Of a stretch of 64,000 bases of DNA, positions 46,394 to 56,382 are shown piece by piece. Each line of letters begins with the position of its first letter. Positions within the stretch are counted from its first letter, which is position 1. Location of the stretch: the IMG/VR virus record IMGVR_UViG_2799112443_000002, positions 1,254 to 65,253 of that record. One strand, written 5' to 3'. The notes under the pieces were generated by a model that did not search any database, was not told where the DNA came from, and was given only the letters and a program-made list of their open reading frames with translations. The position numbers were made by a program, and so were the translations under genes. Source of the stretch: a virus. Lineage: Duplodnaviria > Caudoviricetes.

Positions 46394-46621
46394 TTATTTA
46401 CTATCATCCTGGCCCACAAGCTTGTTGTAAATGGCTCCGCATATATCCACAAGCAAACCAAGACTAACACTGATATCCATGAGCAGAACATTACGTTCAA
46501 CGTTTTTATCCAGGAGTCCATTGTTCTCTTTGTTTGTTTTGTGGAGTCTTTCAATAGAAATATTGATCTCATCTGTTCTACTTTCTGGTTTTTTTTCGCC
46601 TGTTTTCTCATCAAATTTCAC
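46394..46621 (-). CDS. Hypothetical protein with C-terminal hydrophobic segment
   Basis: ORF track; AGGAG RBS. Confidence 0.45.
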   Translation of the reverse strand: MKFDEKTGEKKPESRTDEINISIERLHKTNKENNGLLDKNVERNVLLMDISVSLGLLVDICGAIYNKLVGQDDSK

Positions 46622-46913
46622 TTTTTATTTCTCCTTTTATTCTTCCAAACGTCTTTCCGGTTATAGGGTTAAAGAGAACCTCTGTACCACCAGCCATCCG
46701 GGCAATCATCCTTGCATCAGAACGTGAACTGAATTGTGCAGCATCATATGGACTGTCTGACAATCGGCATACACCGGTGTCTTCATAAGGAATACCAACC
46801 AGAAACACGTTCTTGATTTGCACAATGTAAACGTCATATTCCTTAATGTTCATCTCGTTTGGCGTACTCCTTATTGCGTATCGTGATTCGATTAAGTAAA
46901 AAATTAATCGCAT
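46611..46913 (-). CDS. Hypothetical protein
   Basis: ORF track; similar to 55433-55654 (FLVG...A..F...A.....GG..VLFNP). Confidence 0.55.
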   Translation of the reverse strand: MRLIFYLIESRYAIRSTPNEMNIKEYDVYIVQIKNVFLVGIPYEDTGVCRLSDSPYDAAQFSSRSDARMIARMAGGTEVLFNPITGKTFGRIKGEIKSEI

Positions 46914-47197
46914 GATTTCCCAATGTTCATATATGCCGCTTCATTATCAAACCACATGCCGTACACACCGTATCCACATCTCCAGGCTGTACCGATGTTT
47001 CCGTTTCTGTAATTAAGCATATCGATCAGCGCATCCATTGCTTCATTATGTTCCATGCTTTTAAGCTCGCTTAATTCTGCGTCGGTAAAGCCAGTAATCT
47101 TCATTGTATCAAGCCCCGAGTTTCCGTAGTTTGTTCTCTCAATCGTGAGTTTCATGCTCATCTCTCCTTTTCTTATATTCCTCATCGAGGTAATCAC
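46904..47197 (-). CDS. Hypothetical protein
   Basis: ORF track; the true start is probably downstream (MKLTIER). Confidence 0.55.
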   Translation of the reverse strand: MITSMRNIRKGEMSMKLTIERTNYGNSGLDTMKITGFTDAELSELKSMEHNEAMDALIDMLNYRNGNIGTAWRCGYGVYGMWFDNEAAYMNIGKSCD

Positions 47198-47411
47198 TGA
47201 TAGCGGAAAGCATCCCGTTTACAAGAGGTCCACCTTTTGCTTTGGTATAAGCTTTTTCAACGTCTTCAGCATAATGTATCCACCATTCTTTATTTTCACC
47301 AGGTGGAAAATGATCGTTCAAAAAGTCAAACATTAATCTGAATACCATTTTATGATATGTAGCATACTCTTCTGGTTTCCAGATTTCCTGATCCGTGTAC
47401 GTTTTTCTCAC
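47139..47411 (-). CDS. Hypothetical protein
   Basis: ORF track. Confidence 0.55.
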   Translation of the reverse strand: MRKTYTDQEIWKPEEYATYHKMVFRLMFDFLNDHFPPGENKEWWIHYAEDVEKAYTKAKGGPLVNGMLSAISDYLDEEYKKRRDEHETHD

Positions 47412-47447
47412 CGCCTTCAGATAATACTTCCTTTAAATTTTTAGTCT

Positions 47448-48032
47448 TCAACGTATATGATCCAGAAATGGTTTAACGTCAACATGTTTGCCTGTTTTTA
47501 CTGGATAATTAACATCATCCGGTGTCATTTCATAGAATCGTACTGTGCCATCTGAAGCAATACCGCCAATGCAACAAGTTTCATCCAAATCCGTAACAAT
47601 AAATACTGCTCCAGTTTTTGGGTCTTGTACTTCATCGCCAATTTCTATTTGATCCGACGCAATGGTAAGTTTTGCAATATTGTTGTTTCGATTTTTTCTT
47701 ATTTCTTCTGCTTTTTCTATAATCTCTTTTGCATCCTTCAGAAGAAAATCCACAGTTCCGCAATCAGGAAATACAGATTCTATTTCCTCCGATGTAAAAG
47801 CAGTAAACAATACTTTTTGTGACAATGAGAAGTGCCTGATAGCATCAAGCATTTCTTCTGCTCCAATATTAAATGCTTGCTCATCATGCGTTTTTTCTCC
47901 TTCACGTTTGCCTTCGTTGTAAGCATGGAAGATCATTCCATACAGGATGTTCTTAACCTTCTGACTGTATTTTTCAATACATATGTCAAAATTTTTTGTT
48001 GCGTTATCGTAAAGTCTGTCTTTAGAATCCAT
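47448..48032 (-). CDS. Hypothetical protein
   Basis: ORF track; GGAGGAG RBS. Confidence 0.6.
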   Translation of the reverse strand: MDSKDRLYDNATKNFDICIEKYSQKVKNILYGMIFHAYNEGKREGEKTHDEQAFNIGAEEMLDAIRHFSLSQKVLFTAFTSEEIESVFPDCGTVDFLLKDAKEIIEKAEEIRKNRNNNIAKLTIASDQIEIGDEVQDPKTGAVFIVTDLDETCCIGGIASDGTVRFYEMTPDDVNYPVKTGKHVDVKPFLDHIR

Positions 48033-48236
48033 TCACTCCTCCGTCCTTTCTTTTTCCGGCCTACTATCGTACCATTTGCCGCCCTTTTTATAATTTTCAT
48101 GCAGTCTCCATGCTTTGCATTTCACTGGCTCTTGGCAGTACAGATAACCAATAGTTGCCTCATTTAAAGTGCAGTAGTATGGTTCATAGTGCTTGCAGGT
48201 AATACACATCCTTGGAACTCGTTCTTTCATTCCCAC
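48033..48236 (-). CDS. Hypothetical Cys-rich protein
   Basis: CxxCxH and C motifs. Confidence 0.5.
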   Translation of the reverse strand: MGMKERVPRMCITCKHYEPYYCTLNEATIGYLYCQEPVKCKAWRLHENYKKGGKWYDSRPEKERTEE

Positions 48237-48331
48237 TTCACCTACCTTTAAACATCAACCCCGTTTCCGGGGCAACATATCTGAGGTACACTCCAACGTT
48301 TATCAAACGTATCAGTTACGGTCATTCGGCA

Positions 48332-48589
48332 TCACCTGCCGTTATCTATGTGCGTATCATTTGCACGAATTTCAGTCCAGTTTCCGTCTGGATTAAGTTT
48401 CACACCGACAACAGGATTTTCTACGATGCATTGATACTGTTCTCCATCCCTAAATCGTCTGAACTCCTTTTTCAGTTCATACACTTCGTAATAGATTCTG
48501 TTGACGATTACAAACACGGAAATGCACAGCGCAATAATGAAAGCACTGACCAAGCCGAAAAAGATAAAGTATTGCTGGCTCATTCCCAC
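48332..48589 (-). CDS. Hypothetical membrane protein
   Basis: N-terminal transmembrane segment. Confidence 0.5.
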   Translation of the reverse strand: MGMSQQYFIFFGLVSAFIIALCISVFVIVNRIYYEVYELKKEFRRFRDGEQYQCIVENPVVGVKLNPDGNWTEIRANDTHIDNGR

Positions 48590-48990
48590 TTCACCGCCTG
48601 TTCACACTTACTGCAAAACCGGATGGCATCAAGTTTTTTCCTTTGGCTAATCATGTACTCACATTTTGGACAATGATAATTTCCTCTGTATTCCATTACC
48701 ATCTGTGGTTCATCATGTTTAATTGCCATCAATTTTTCCTTTGGCTCGATTCGGAACTGCCCATGTTCCCAATCAAAACCCATGCCAACATACCTTACAT
48801 TCATACACGGGCGTTGACCGCAAGTCATGTACGGTAATTCCGTTGAGATAACAACATCAATGTTCTCTGGATTCTTTTCAAATTGTAAGGCTGTATCAAT
48901 CGCATTTTTGAGTTCACGCAATGTCATTCCCACTTCACCGACCTTCCCATTCAATACGTTTCCCACAGCAACGGCAGAAATTGTCCTCAC
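48580..48990 (-). CDS. Hypothetical protein with C-terminal zinc ribbon
   Basis: CPKC...CSKC. Confidence 0.6.
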   Translation of the reverse strand: MRTISAVAVGNVLNGKVGEVGMTLRELKNAIDTALQFEKNPENIDVVISTELPYMTCGQRPCMNVRYVGMGFDWEHGQFRIEPKEKLMAIKHDEPQMVMEYRGNYHCPKCEYMISQRKKLDAIRFCSKCEQAVKWE

Positions 48991-49210
48991 GAATCAACTG
49001 AACACCGCACAAATCACAACAACAATCCGTGATGTAAGTCATTACGCATGACGATTCTGGGTGAACAACCACATCCTGCTCTTTCAGCAGTTCAAGAGCA
49101 TCCGTCAAAATGTTCTGATACGCTTCAAATACTGGCGTTTGGCTCGGTAATCCGAATCCGAAGAACTCACGCATTGCTTCCAGCCCTTCTATAACATTCT
49201 CCCTGCCCAT
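48935..49210 (-). CDS. Hypothetical zinc-ribbon protein
   Basis: CDLCG...CRCCGKRIEW. Confidence 0.6.
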   Translation of the reverse strand: MGRENVIEGLEAMREFFGFGLPSQTPVFEAYQNILTDALELLKEQDVVVHPESSCVMTYITDCCCDLCGVQLIREDNFCRCCGKRIEWEGR

Positions 49211-49252
49211 TTCATCAACTCCTGCGTTATCTTTAAGTCAGATAATGGCACT

Positions 49253-49501
49253 TTAAGTCTTGTACCCATTTTTGACGGCATCATAATAATTCTGATTCCA
49301 CTTACGGATTGCACCTCTGATAGTCATGGCTCTCGTTGTTGTCCAGTGACAAGTTTCACATTCGCAATAATACTTATTGAACCGTCTGGTTAATGACTCA
49401 TTAAGTCCGACAATGCCACCACAGGCACAACGGTGTAGATTTGGTTTGAGCCGCAACCATTTTTGATGAATGCGATTGTGATGCCGGTCTACTTCAGCCA
49501 C
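49253..49501 (-). CDS. Lar-like zinc-finger protein
   Basis: CACGG...CETC...AIRKWN. Confidence 0.5.
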   Translation of the reverse strand: MAEVDRHHNRIHQKWLRLKPNLHRCACGGIVGLNESLTRRFNKYYCECETCHWTTTRAMTIRGAIRKWNQNYYDAVKNGYKT

Positions 49502-49503
49502 TT

Positions 49504-49974
49504 TTAATCATCTCCCCATAGAGATTGAAATGCTTTATTCAATCTTTCCCCGTTTTCATCGGACAGAAAAGCATCCCGCTTATCCATTGCTTCTTCGTCT
49601 GGATGAACCATTTCTTTCCATCCAATAGTTGCCTGATTCGTGATATCCTTACCGCATTTCTGGCAGAACGGAGGAAACGGTTTCTCTTCCCACCAACTAT
49701 GTCCGCAGAACGGACAGGTCAGATGAAATTTCTGATCTGTTGATATGTAATACGAATCGGACTGAAACTCTTTTTCTTCCTGCTCTTTCAGCGGGCACCG
49801 AATGTCACGCCGACCTGTCCGAAAAGCGCATCCAACGTTTATCCCGATTCCGTCATATTCTGATGCAACACAGTTGCAGCTATCACCGCAGAAAATGCAA
49901 TCCTCACATTTCTCCGGCATCGGCATATCAATCTGAATCATTCCCACTTCACCGGCTTTCCGCAAACACAACAA
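49504..49974 (-). CDS. Hypothetical Cys-rich/zinc-ribbon protein
   Basis: MPEKCEDC...RCPL...CPFCG...CQKCG. Confidence 0.6.
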   Translation of the reverse strand: MLCLRKAGEVGMIQIDMPMPEKCEDCIFCGDSCNCVASEYDGIGINVGCAFRTGRRDIRCPLKEQEEKEFQSDSYYISTDQKFHLTCPFCGHSWWEEKPFPPFCQKCGKDITNQATIGWKEMVHPDEEAMDKRDAFLSDENGERLNKAFQSLWGDD

Positions 49975-50171
49975 AACAAATCTGGGTTCATTATGCTCTG
50001 CAACTTATAACCACAATTACCGCACCGTTTGTTACCGTATTCGTCTGTTGTCGGTTCAATCCCTTTCTGCGCTTGCAGCATGGCAATGGCATCGTCTATC
50101 GGTTCCCACATGGTTGATGGGAGAAAACGTTTAAGTTCAATCAGCCCTTTGCTTACATTTTCAATGTCCAT
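49938..50171 (-). CDS. Hypothetical zinc-ribbon protein
   Basis: CGNCG...CCVCGKPVKW. Confidence 0.6.
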   Translation of the reverse strand: MDIENVSKGLIELKRFLPSTMWEPIDDAIAMLQAQKGIEPTTDEYGNKRCGNCGYKLQSIMNPDLFCCVCGKPVKWE

Positions 50172-50193
50172 TTTTTCAACACTCCCACAACAA

Positions 50194-50388
50194 TTAATAA
50201 GGCCACATTGCTCTCATACATCTTGTAATTGCTTCCGTAATTTCTTTTCCGCATACTTTCACCGTTTTATCCCCAATCGTTATTCTTACCATATCACTAT
50301 CTGGCCCTGAATCTCTGACTACTACACGAGGATTTTCAAATGCTTTATCTCTTTCCTCATAGTCCATCAACTCAATTCGTACATCCAT
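50194..50388 (-). CDS. Hypothetical protein
   Basis: ORF track. Confidence 0.5.
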   Translation of the reverse strand: MDVRIELMDYEERDKAFENPRVVVRDSGPDSDMVRITIGDKTVKVCGKEITEAITRCMRAMWPY

Positions 50389-50941
50389 GCTTGCAACACT
50401 CCATTAAACAGTTTTCAACGAATCGCTTTGCAGCTGGTATGGTTTTTATTGCCTGGCAAAACTGCTCGTTCCACGCTTCATCCGGCGTCTGCGGCACATT
50501 TCTGTCCCTTTGTTCTTCAAGCTTACAAAGAATTTCATCCGCAACCAGGAACAAATCAAATTTCATCTTGTCCTTCCATGCTTCCGCCTCAATAGCTTCC
50601 TTTCGCATTTTAACAGCCATTTCAGCGCGTCTTGATTCTTCCGGATCGATCTTGCCGTCAAGATCCAGACCAAGGTGGAAGGCACTGTTTATCCACGCTA
50701 CGGTATCTTTGAACGACGTTTTGTGATATTCCTGGGCAAACTTAATAACATCCCCACCGGACTTACAAACGTGGCAGTAGTATCCACGGTCGCCTTTATA
50801 AAGGACACAATTGAAATCTTTTCCGCCGTGAATTGGGCACTGACATCTTCCGTGTCGGATTTCAAGGCCAAGCGCCTGGCCTATGTCCAGCGCAGACACA
50901 GATGATTTAATCTTGTCAACCGCTAACACTAATGCATTCAT
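50372..50941 (-). CDS. CHC2 zinc-finger protein (primase N-terminal-like)
   Basis: CPIH...YYCHVCKSGGDVIKF. Confidence 0.8.
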   Translation of the reverse strand: MNALVLAVDKIKSSVSALDIGQALGLEIRHGRCQCPIHGGKDFNCVLYKGDRGYYCHVCKSGGDVIKFAQEYHKTSFKDTVAWINSAFHLGLDLDGKIDPEESRRAEMAVKMRKEAIEAEAWKDKMKFDLFLVADEILCKLEEQRDRNVPQTPDEAWNEQFCQAIKTIPAAKRFVENCLMECCKHGCTN

Positions 50942-51158
50942 ATCTTTGCTGCGAACGGATATGTTCGATGATGTCGTTTATTGTTCCTTTAACATACAAA
51001 CATCCACCAACAAAACTAATTGTCGTTATCGGATTGTCCGGATCATCATCGTCTGTAATCCATCGAATAAGATCTGGATTAATATAAACAAACTTTCCAC
51101 TAGTATCCATCAACCTTACAAGATTCATATTAAAACCCCTTTGCAATAACTGCTCCAA
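50916..51158 (-). CDS. Hypothetical protein
   Basis: ORF track; FVYINPDLI motif. Confidence 0.5.
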   Translation of the reverse strand: MEQLLQRGFNMNLVRLMDTSGKFVYINPDLIRWITDDDDPDNPITTISFVGGCLYVKGTINDIIEHIRSQQRYECISVSG

Positions 51159-52530
51159 TTTTCCTGTAGCTGCGGCGTCTTTCTTTATAGGCTTTCATAC
51201 AATAGTCAATGTCTTCATCCACAAAATCCATCACGATTGGCATATCTTTTCCTTCAGCCGTACGACGGATCCGACCAACTGCCTGTTCAATTACGGTGCT
51301 GTATTTTGCCGGGCTTGCAAGAAACAATCTATCCAAGCATGGAATATCAAGTCCTTCCTTTGCCAGACTGTATGACGCGAACAAATACTTATACTTCCCT
51401 GTTCGCATATTCTCAATTGCCTGTTCACGTTTAGCTTTTGCTTCTTTGCTGGTCATCTTTCCGTTGATAAATGCGCTCTCCTCTTGCATTTCGTACGGCA
51501 ACAGCATCCGTATCGCTTCAAGCTGATTGAGACGGTCTGAAAGAATTAAACAGCTATGCCCTTTGCAATTCATAATCTCACGAGCGATCTGCCTATTTCG
51601 GTCAGGATGTGTTGTAATGTATTCAATCAACTTTGCGTAGCTCTTTGTGCCATCTGGATTCAGACACTTATCCTCGTCAAGCTTAATCCCTGTCGTTTTT
51701 TCATACACCTTAACATTCATAACGCGATCCGCAATGGCTGCATCCGGCACCTCATAAGCGACTTTCCCGATCAATGCAAATGTTGCGCGAATCAAGCCAT
51801 CACTTCGAGCCGGTGTAGCCGTTAATCCGATCTTGTGCCTGGCAGACAGATGGTTTAGAACCTTCTCGTACCTGGTAAAAGACGTTGCAGAACTACTTAC
51901 GCGATGGCATTCATCTACGATCACAACATCCCAGTAATCTCGGTACTGTGTAAGTTCCAGGTTTGCCATGGTCTGTACAGTCGCAAACGTAACGCCTGAG
52001 CCAACGTTTACTTTCCCTTCCGTAATGGTCCCGATCAAGTTCTCGTCCATGTATTGCAGTGCTCGGTCGCGGCTCTGGTTCAGCAGATCTGCCGTATGGC
52101 ATAGCCACAATGCGCGGCGGCGAAAGGCCTTGATCAGTGCAATCCCCATTTGCGTCTTTCCTGATCCAGTTGTCGCTTTCAGGATTCCGTACTTTGCTTC
52201 GATCATCCGAATGACAGCTTCTTTTTGATAGTCATACAACGCCATGCTTTTACCGCCATAGCTGATGATCGTATCCTGTCTGAAGTCAGTGTAAAGTGTA
52301 GTTCCTTTAAGCAGAGGCATGATCTCTCGGCAAACACCAAACGGAAGGATCAGCGTGTTCCCGTTCCATTCAAAAAGCCGTAGCTCCTTCGGCGTCCGTC
52401 CAACCCAGTATCCCATACGCTGTTTCTTTTCATATTCAGGATTTGGGAATCGCAGGTTTTCTTTTACCCAGGACACAACCTCATCCGAAGGATCTTCAAT
52501 GAAAATTCGGTTTGCTATTGTTGTGTTCAT
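51130..52530 (-). CDS. Superfamily-2 (DEAD/DEAH, ResIII-like) helicase
   Basis: ATTGSGKT, VDECH, GLTATP, EGLDIP, QAVGRIRR. Confidence 0.92.
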   Translation of the reverse strand: MNTTIANRIFIEDPSDEVVSWVKENLRFPNPEYEKKQRMGYWVGRTPKELRLFEWNGNTLILPFGVCREIMPLLKGTTLYTDFRQDTIISYGGKSMALYDYQKEAVIRMIEAKYGILKATTGSGKTQMGIALIKAFRRRALWLCHTADLLNQSRDRALQYMDENLIGTITEGKVNVGSGVTFATVQTMANLELTQYRDYWDVVIVDECHRVSSSATSFTRYEKVLNHLSARHKIGLTATPARSDGLIRATFALIGKVAYEVPDAAIADRVMNVKVYEKTTGIKLDEDKCLNPDGTKSYAKLIEYITTHPDRNRQIAREIMNCKGHSCLILSDRLNQLEAIRMLLPYEMQEESAFINGKMTSKEAKAKREQAIENMRTGKYKYLFASYSLAKEGLDIPCLDRLFLASPAKYSTVIEQAVGRIRRTAEGKDMPIVMDFVDEDIDYCMKAYKERRRSYRKIGAVIAKGF

Positions 52531-52967
52531 ACATCGTCTCCCCATACGTCGCTGGAATCCAGCCACTTTTCCAGTGACCATGTCTGTTGTTCAAAATCTT
52601 TTTCTGTCAACTGAGTTCTGCCACGATGCTTTAACGTCTCAATACGTTCAATATTAATCATCCGAATTTCATCAGTGCCTGAAATGTTTACTTTCAAAGC
52701 AAAGTAGCAAAGCTCTCCGGTCCTCCTGGTGAACATTCGCATAGCGTACTTTTGGTTCTCTTCTACGCGCCTAAAAGGAAAAGTATTATTCTCACAAACC
52801 TTGCAATCGATCAGCGTATGGAACTTTCCTTTCACTGCGATAATGTCTGCTGGCTGACCGGATTTGTTCTGCTGCATAACATGGCACCAGAACCCGTTTT
52901 GATAAAGAATCTCGGCAAGTTCCTGCTCAAATCTTCCACCAACGGTCCGGTTATCTGTCTTCTGCAC
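52527..52967 (-). CDS. Holliday junction resolvase-like PD-(D/E)XK nuclease
   Basis: GGRFEQEL...PADIIAV...IDCK; AGGAG RBS before GTG 52967. Confidence 0.75.
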   Translation of the reverse strand: MQKTDNRTVGGRFEQELAEILYQNGFWCHVMQQNKSGQPADIIAVKGKFHTLIDCKVCENNTFPFRRVEENQKYAMRMFTRRTGELCYFALKVNISGTDEIRMINIERIETLKHRGRTQLTEKDFEQQTWSLEKWLDSSDVWGDDV

Positions 52968-52971
52968 AGGA

Positions 52972-53256
52972 TCACTCCTCTTCCAGCTTGTCGTAGAACA
53001 TCTCAATTTCCATCTTTCCGACAACCGGCTTCAGATCCTTGAATGTCCGGCCATAAAAGTTCAAAAGCTGTTCCTCGTTGATCCAGAACGCAGGAGTAAT
53101 GCACCGCCCGATTTCATTATTGCTTTTCTTTGTCTTGCACAGGACATAATCACCAATATGAAGCGGAACACCTTCCGGTGCCCGGAAGGTATACTGAACG
53201 CCACAATTCGGGTGTTTAATGAGTACGATTTTGATTTCCTTCATGATTTCCTCCAT
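52972..53256 (-). CDS. Hypothetical protein
   Basis: AAAGGAG RBS before ATG 53256. Confidence 0.55.
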   Translation of the reverse strand: MEEIMKEIKIVLIKHPNCGVQYTFRAPEGVPLHIGDYVLCKTKKSNNEIGRCITPAFWINEEQLLNFYGRTFKDLKPVVGKMEIEMFYDKLEEE

Positions 53257-53325
53257 GGTTTTCTCCTTTCTGTTTCGTCTTCGGATGCTGTGTCTCTGCA
53301 CCATCCTTAATCCGAAGTAAATATT

Positions 53326-53530
53326 CATGATGCGGGTGAGGATTTGCACCTCACATGGCTATTACGTATGTTGGTTTTATCCTGCCGCCAGCCAACAAGC
53401 TGCGTCTACTATTGTCTTCCTGGCTTACCTGTCCAGTGCTGCCATGGTCAGCCGACTTTACCATGTTTCTGATCTCACCGGTTACTTCGGCATCTTGATT
53501 TTCACATGTCTATTCCGCCACCGCATCATG
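53326..53530 (-). ncRNA. tRNA-like structured RNA with ~100-nt insertion in the D-loop
   Basis: 10-bp terminal stem CATGATGCGG/CCGCATCATG, T-arm TGAGG-TGCAAAT-CCTCA, split D-arm GCGGAATAG...TAGACGC. Confidence 0.6.
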
Positions 53531-53592
53531 CTATATCACAGGACGTTCCTGGATCGGTTTCCAATCTTCAGAACACATGTGGCATCACCTCC

Positions 53593-53985
53593 TCAAAAAG
53601 GAAGTTCTCCGTCCATGTTTACAGGTGTCATGTTTGGCTGCACGTCTCCGGAAGAAGACTGCTTTGAACCACAAAAATGAGTATTAGATACGAGCAAAAC
53701 AATCTTGCTGCGTTTCTGCCCGTCCTGATTTTCCCATTCTTCAGTGTTTAGTTTTCCTTCAACGGCAATCTCCTGCCCCTTCTTGAAGTACTTGCTGATA
53801 AATTCTGCCTGTCCTGAAAAAGTTTTGCATTCAAGAAAACATTTGTTTTCCTTCTCATTGTTTTCACGGTCCTTATACTTTTCACTCCAGGCAATCCGGA
53901 AATTAAGCACCTTTGCTCCAGAGTTTGTTTCCTTCAGTTCAGGATCTGCTACCATACGTCCCTGCATAACCAGATGATTAACCAT
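53593..53985 (-). CDS. ssb: Single-stranded DNA-binding protein
   Basis: GRMVADPEL...KGQEIAVEGKL...ELPF acidic C-terminus. Confidence 0.92.
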   Translation of the reverse strand: MVNHLVMQGRMVADPELKETNSGAKVLNFRIAWSEKYKDRENNEKENKCFLECKTFSGQAEFISKYFKKGQEIAVEGKLNTEEWENQDGQKRSKIVLLVSNTHFCGSKQSSSGDVQPNMTPVNMDGELPF

Positions 53986-54000
53986 TTCTTTTCCTCCTTG

Positions 54001-54621
54001 TTACTCGGCATCAGCCATAAGTTCCGCAGCCAGGTTGTCCTGCTGTTCTTCGTGAGATTCCTGAGCGGCTTCCATTTCTGCCTTTTTCTTCTGTCCACAA
54101 TCCACACAGAGTTGCTTCCCGTATTTCTGCTTGCTTGCGGCAACGATCTGTTCTGCCGTAAAGTTACTGACACCAACGATTTCTTTGCCACATTCGGCAC
54201 ACTTGAAAGTCTTTGGTGCCTTTCCGTCTTTCGGGATAAAATCGCGAATACGGATTCCATCCGTCAATTCATTCTTGCTTGGATTTCTTACGCCGTGCTC
54301 AATCCATAGCTGGATCTTTTTCCCTTCTAGTGCATTAGCAGTTACCTGCTTGTACAGCCGCTTCAGCGTCTGGCGATTTGTGCTGTTAACAATCAGCGGG
54401 CGAACCTCACTGATCCCTGGAACAGACTCTTCCGCAAACGTCAACACGTTTTTGATCTCTTTTCCTCTGGACAGGGTAACCTTGCCACGATAAATGTTTT
54501 TAATCGTCAGCACCGGTTCAATGCCTTCAGCAATATCATCCGCGCCCATGTATTCACTGTCTCGCTGAAGGTACTCGTCTCCTTTAAGCGGCCGCATGTG
54601 TTCAAGGTCCTTCGTAATCAT
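54001..54621 (-). CDS. Recombination-associated protein with C-terminal zinc ribbon
   Basis: Between exonuclease and ssb; CAECG...CVDC. Confidence 0.55.
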   Translation of the reverse strand: MITKDLEHMRPLKGDEYLQRDSEYMGADDIAEGIEPVLTIKNIYRGKVTLSRGKEIKNVLTFAEESVPGISEVRPLIVNSTNRQTLKRLYKQVTANALEGKKIQLWIEHGVRNPSKNELTDGIRIRDFIPKDGKAPKTFKCAECGKEIVGVSNFTAEQIVAASKQKYGKQLCVDCGQKKKAEMEAAQESHEEQQDNLAAELMADAE

Positions 54622-54623
54622 CT

Positions 54624-55454
54624 TTAAATCTCCTCTCCTAATTCATTCAACATCCACCCGGGAACAAATGCATCATTCGGTACATCGCTGACGTATCCCG
54701 GGTACATATCCAGTACTTTGCAGTTATGATACTTGCCAAGCAATTCATGGAACTTCGTCACGCCAGCATTCATAACTTCCTCACTGACCTCAATCACATT
54801 CACGCTGTATGGCGCCTTCTTTTCCTGGGCAACAAACAAGAATCCAGGGCGCTTCCGCAGCTTCTTTGCATGCATCACGCCTTCCGTATACATGCCGGCC
54901 TGAAAGTAATATCCCATCTTCCAGATATCGCTGTTAAACCGGAAAGTATCTGCGCACTGTGTTGTCTTGTAATCCACAACGTACCAGCGACGATTATACT
55001 TCACCAGTCTGTCCGTCTTGATCTTGCATTTTTCTCCTGTCTCCGGATCCGTCCAGAAAAATGCCTGTTCAGTTTCGCCTTTCCCATAAATCAGCTTGTT
55101 CGCGAGCTTGCATTGTTCAATAGCGTTTGCCATTTCACGCATAATTTCAACATCTTCAGCGCTTACAATGGTTTTACCGGCCGTTGCTTCCTGATATTCT
55201 TCCCAGGCTTTTTTCCCTTCTTTTGTCCGGCGGTCAATCTGTGGTGCAATCGCGTACTCTGCACCAAAGTCCTTCGGTTCCAGGACCATCTTATGGCAAG
55301 CGCTACCGAAAACCATTGCAGGCGTTTGTTCTACAGGATGTTCTAGAAAATATTTAAACTTTTCCGGGCTGTCCTCCATCTTCCAAAGATCGCTTCTACG
55401 AATTCCTTCTGCAATGTTGTACTCTTGTTCATTCATAACTTCTGTGTCCTCCAT
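54624..55454 (-). CDS. RecE/ExoVIII-like PD-(D/E)XK exonuclease (DUF3799-like)
   Basis: FGSACH...CKIKTD...VVDYKTT...YYFQAGMY. Confidence 0.85.
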   Translation of the reverse strand: MEDTEVMNEQEYNIAEGIRRSDLWKMEDSPEKFKYFLEHPVEQTPAMVFGSACHKMVLEPKDFGAEYAIAPQIDRRTKEGKKAWEEYQEATAGKTIVSAEDVEIMREMANAIEQCKLANKLIYGKGETEQAFFWTDPETGEKCKIKTDRLVKYNRRWYVVDYKTTQCADTFRFNSDIWKMGYYFQAGMYTEGVMHAKKLRKRPGFLFVAQEKKAPYSVNVIEVSEEVMNAGVTKFHELLGKYHNCKVLDMYPGYVSDVPNDAFVPGWMLNELGEEI

Positions 55455-55654
55455 AAAATAGGATTGAATAACATCAATGTGCCACCATATTCATCTGCGA
55501 CCTGCAACGCCTTTTCCTTGTCCCTTGTTGTCCATGCATTGCTCAGATGATCGTCCCATCGAACCGTGCCAAGAAACGTTCCGTAACCGGCCAGATATTT
55601 GCCGTCCTTTTCAATCACCAGGCACGTCTTTGTCCGAATGATGTCCAGTTTCAT
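55433..55654 (-). CDS. Hypothetical protein
   Basis: ORF track. Confidence 0.55.
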   Translation of the reverse strand: MKLDIIRTKTCLVIEKDGKYLAGYGTFLGTVRWDDHLSNAWTTRDKEKALQVADEYGGTLMLFNPILWRTQKL

Positions 55655-55793
55655 TTTTCTGTTTCTTCATCTCCTCTAACTTTACATGTATACTTTCCGA
55701 ATATCTTTCGGACCACCATCCTGCGAACATCACCGTACCAACAACACCGGATACCCATCCGGCCAGGAAATACCAGATCAATGCATCATCTCC

Positions 55794-56024
55794 TTACAAA
55801 TTCCATAAGTCCCGAATAATCAAAACCGCAAAGAAAATCGTGACAAGAGCTACAGCAATCAATGAATATCCTTGCCATGGTTGTAAAACAAATCCATTTA
55901 TGTTCCACACATTAGCTGACATTTCTGTTTCTCCTATCACGTTACGTAATATTGATGGGGATTTAAAAAGCCGATTAACGGCTCCGGCTGCTCCCCGACC
56001 GGTTGGCATAGTTCCCCTTTCCAT
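55794..56024 (-). CDS. Small membrane protein
   Basis: C-terminal transmembrane segment. Confidence 0.4.
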   Translation of the reverse strand: MERGTMPTGRGAAGAVNRLFKSPSILRNVIGETEMSANVWNINGFVLQPWQGYSLIAVALVTIFFAVLIIRDLWNL

Positions 56025-56145
56025 TATGTCCCATTAGAAGAAAGTTGAAAAAGAAGGAAGCTTTCGAGGGGAACGCACGAGAGGTTTTGTGCTCTGGCTT
56101 ATAGCCATTGCCTTATTATGGTTTATCGGCATTGCCGATGATCAA

Positions 56146-56379
56146 TCATATTCTGGATCTCCTGTTCTTGTACCGTTGCTTATACCAGATCTGACGAAGC
56201 TTTGCGTCGCTGACGGTACCGTACTTTGCATTCTCCTTTTGTATCAGTTCCCTGCGTTCTTTATTCTTCGCTTCAAACGCAAGATATTTTTCGCATTTAC
56301 CATGACAGTCGCTGGAACGGTCCTGGCAATCTGGCAAGCACGGGTTGTCCTTTGACGGCGCATGATTGAATCTGTTCAT
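56146..56379 (-). CDS. Hypothetical protein with CxxC...CxxC motif
   Basis: PCLPDCQDRSSDCHGKCEKY. Confidence 0.6.
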   Translation of the reverse strand: MNRFNHAPSKDNPCLPDCQDRSSDCHGKCEKYLAFEAKNKERRELIQKENAKYGTVSDAKLRQIWYKQRYKNRRSRI

Positions 56380-56382
56380 CTG

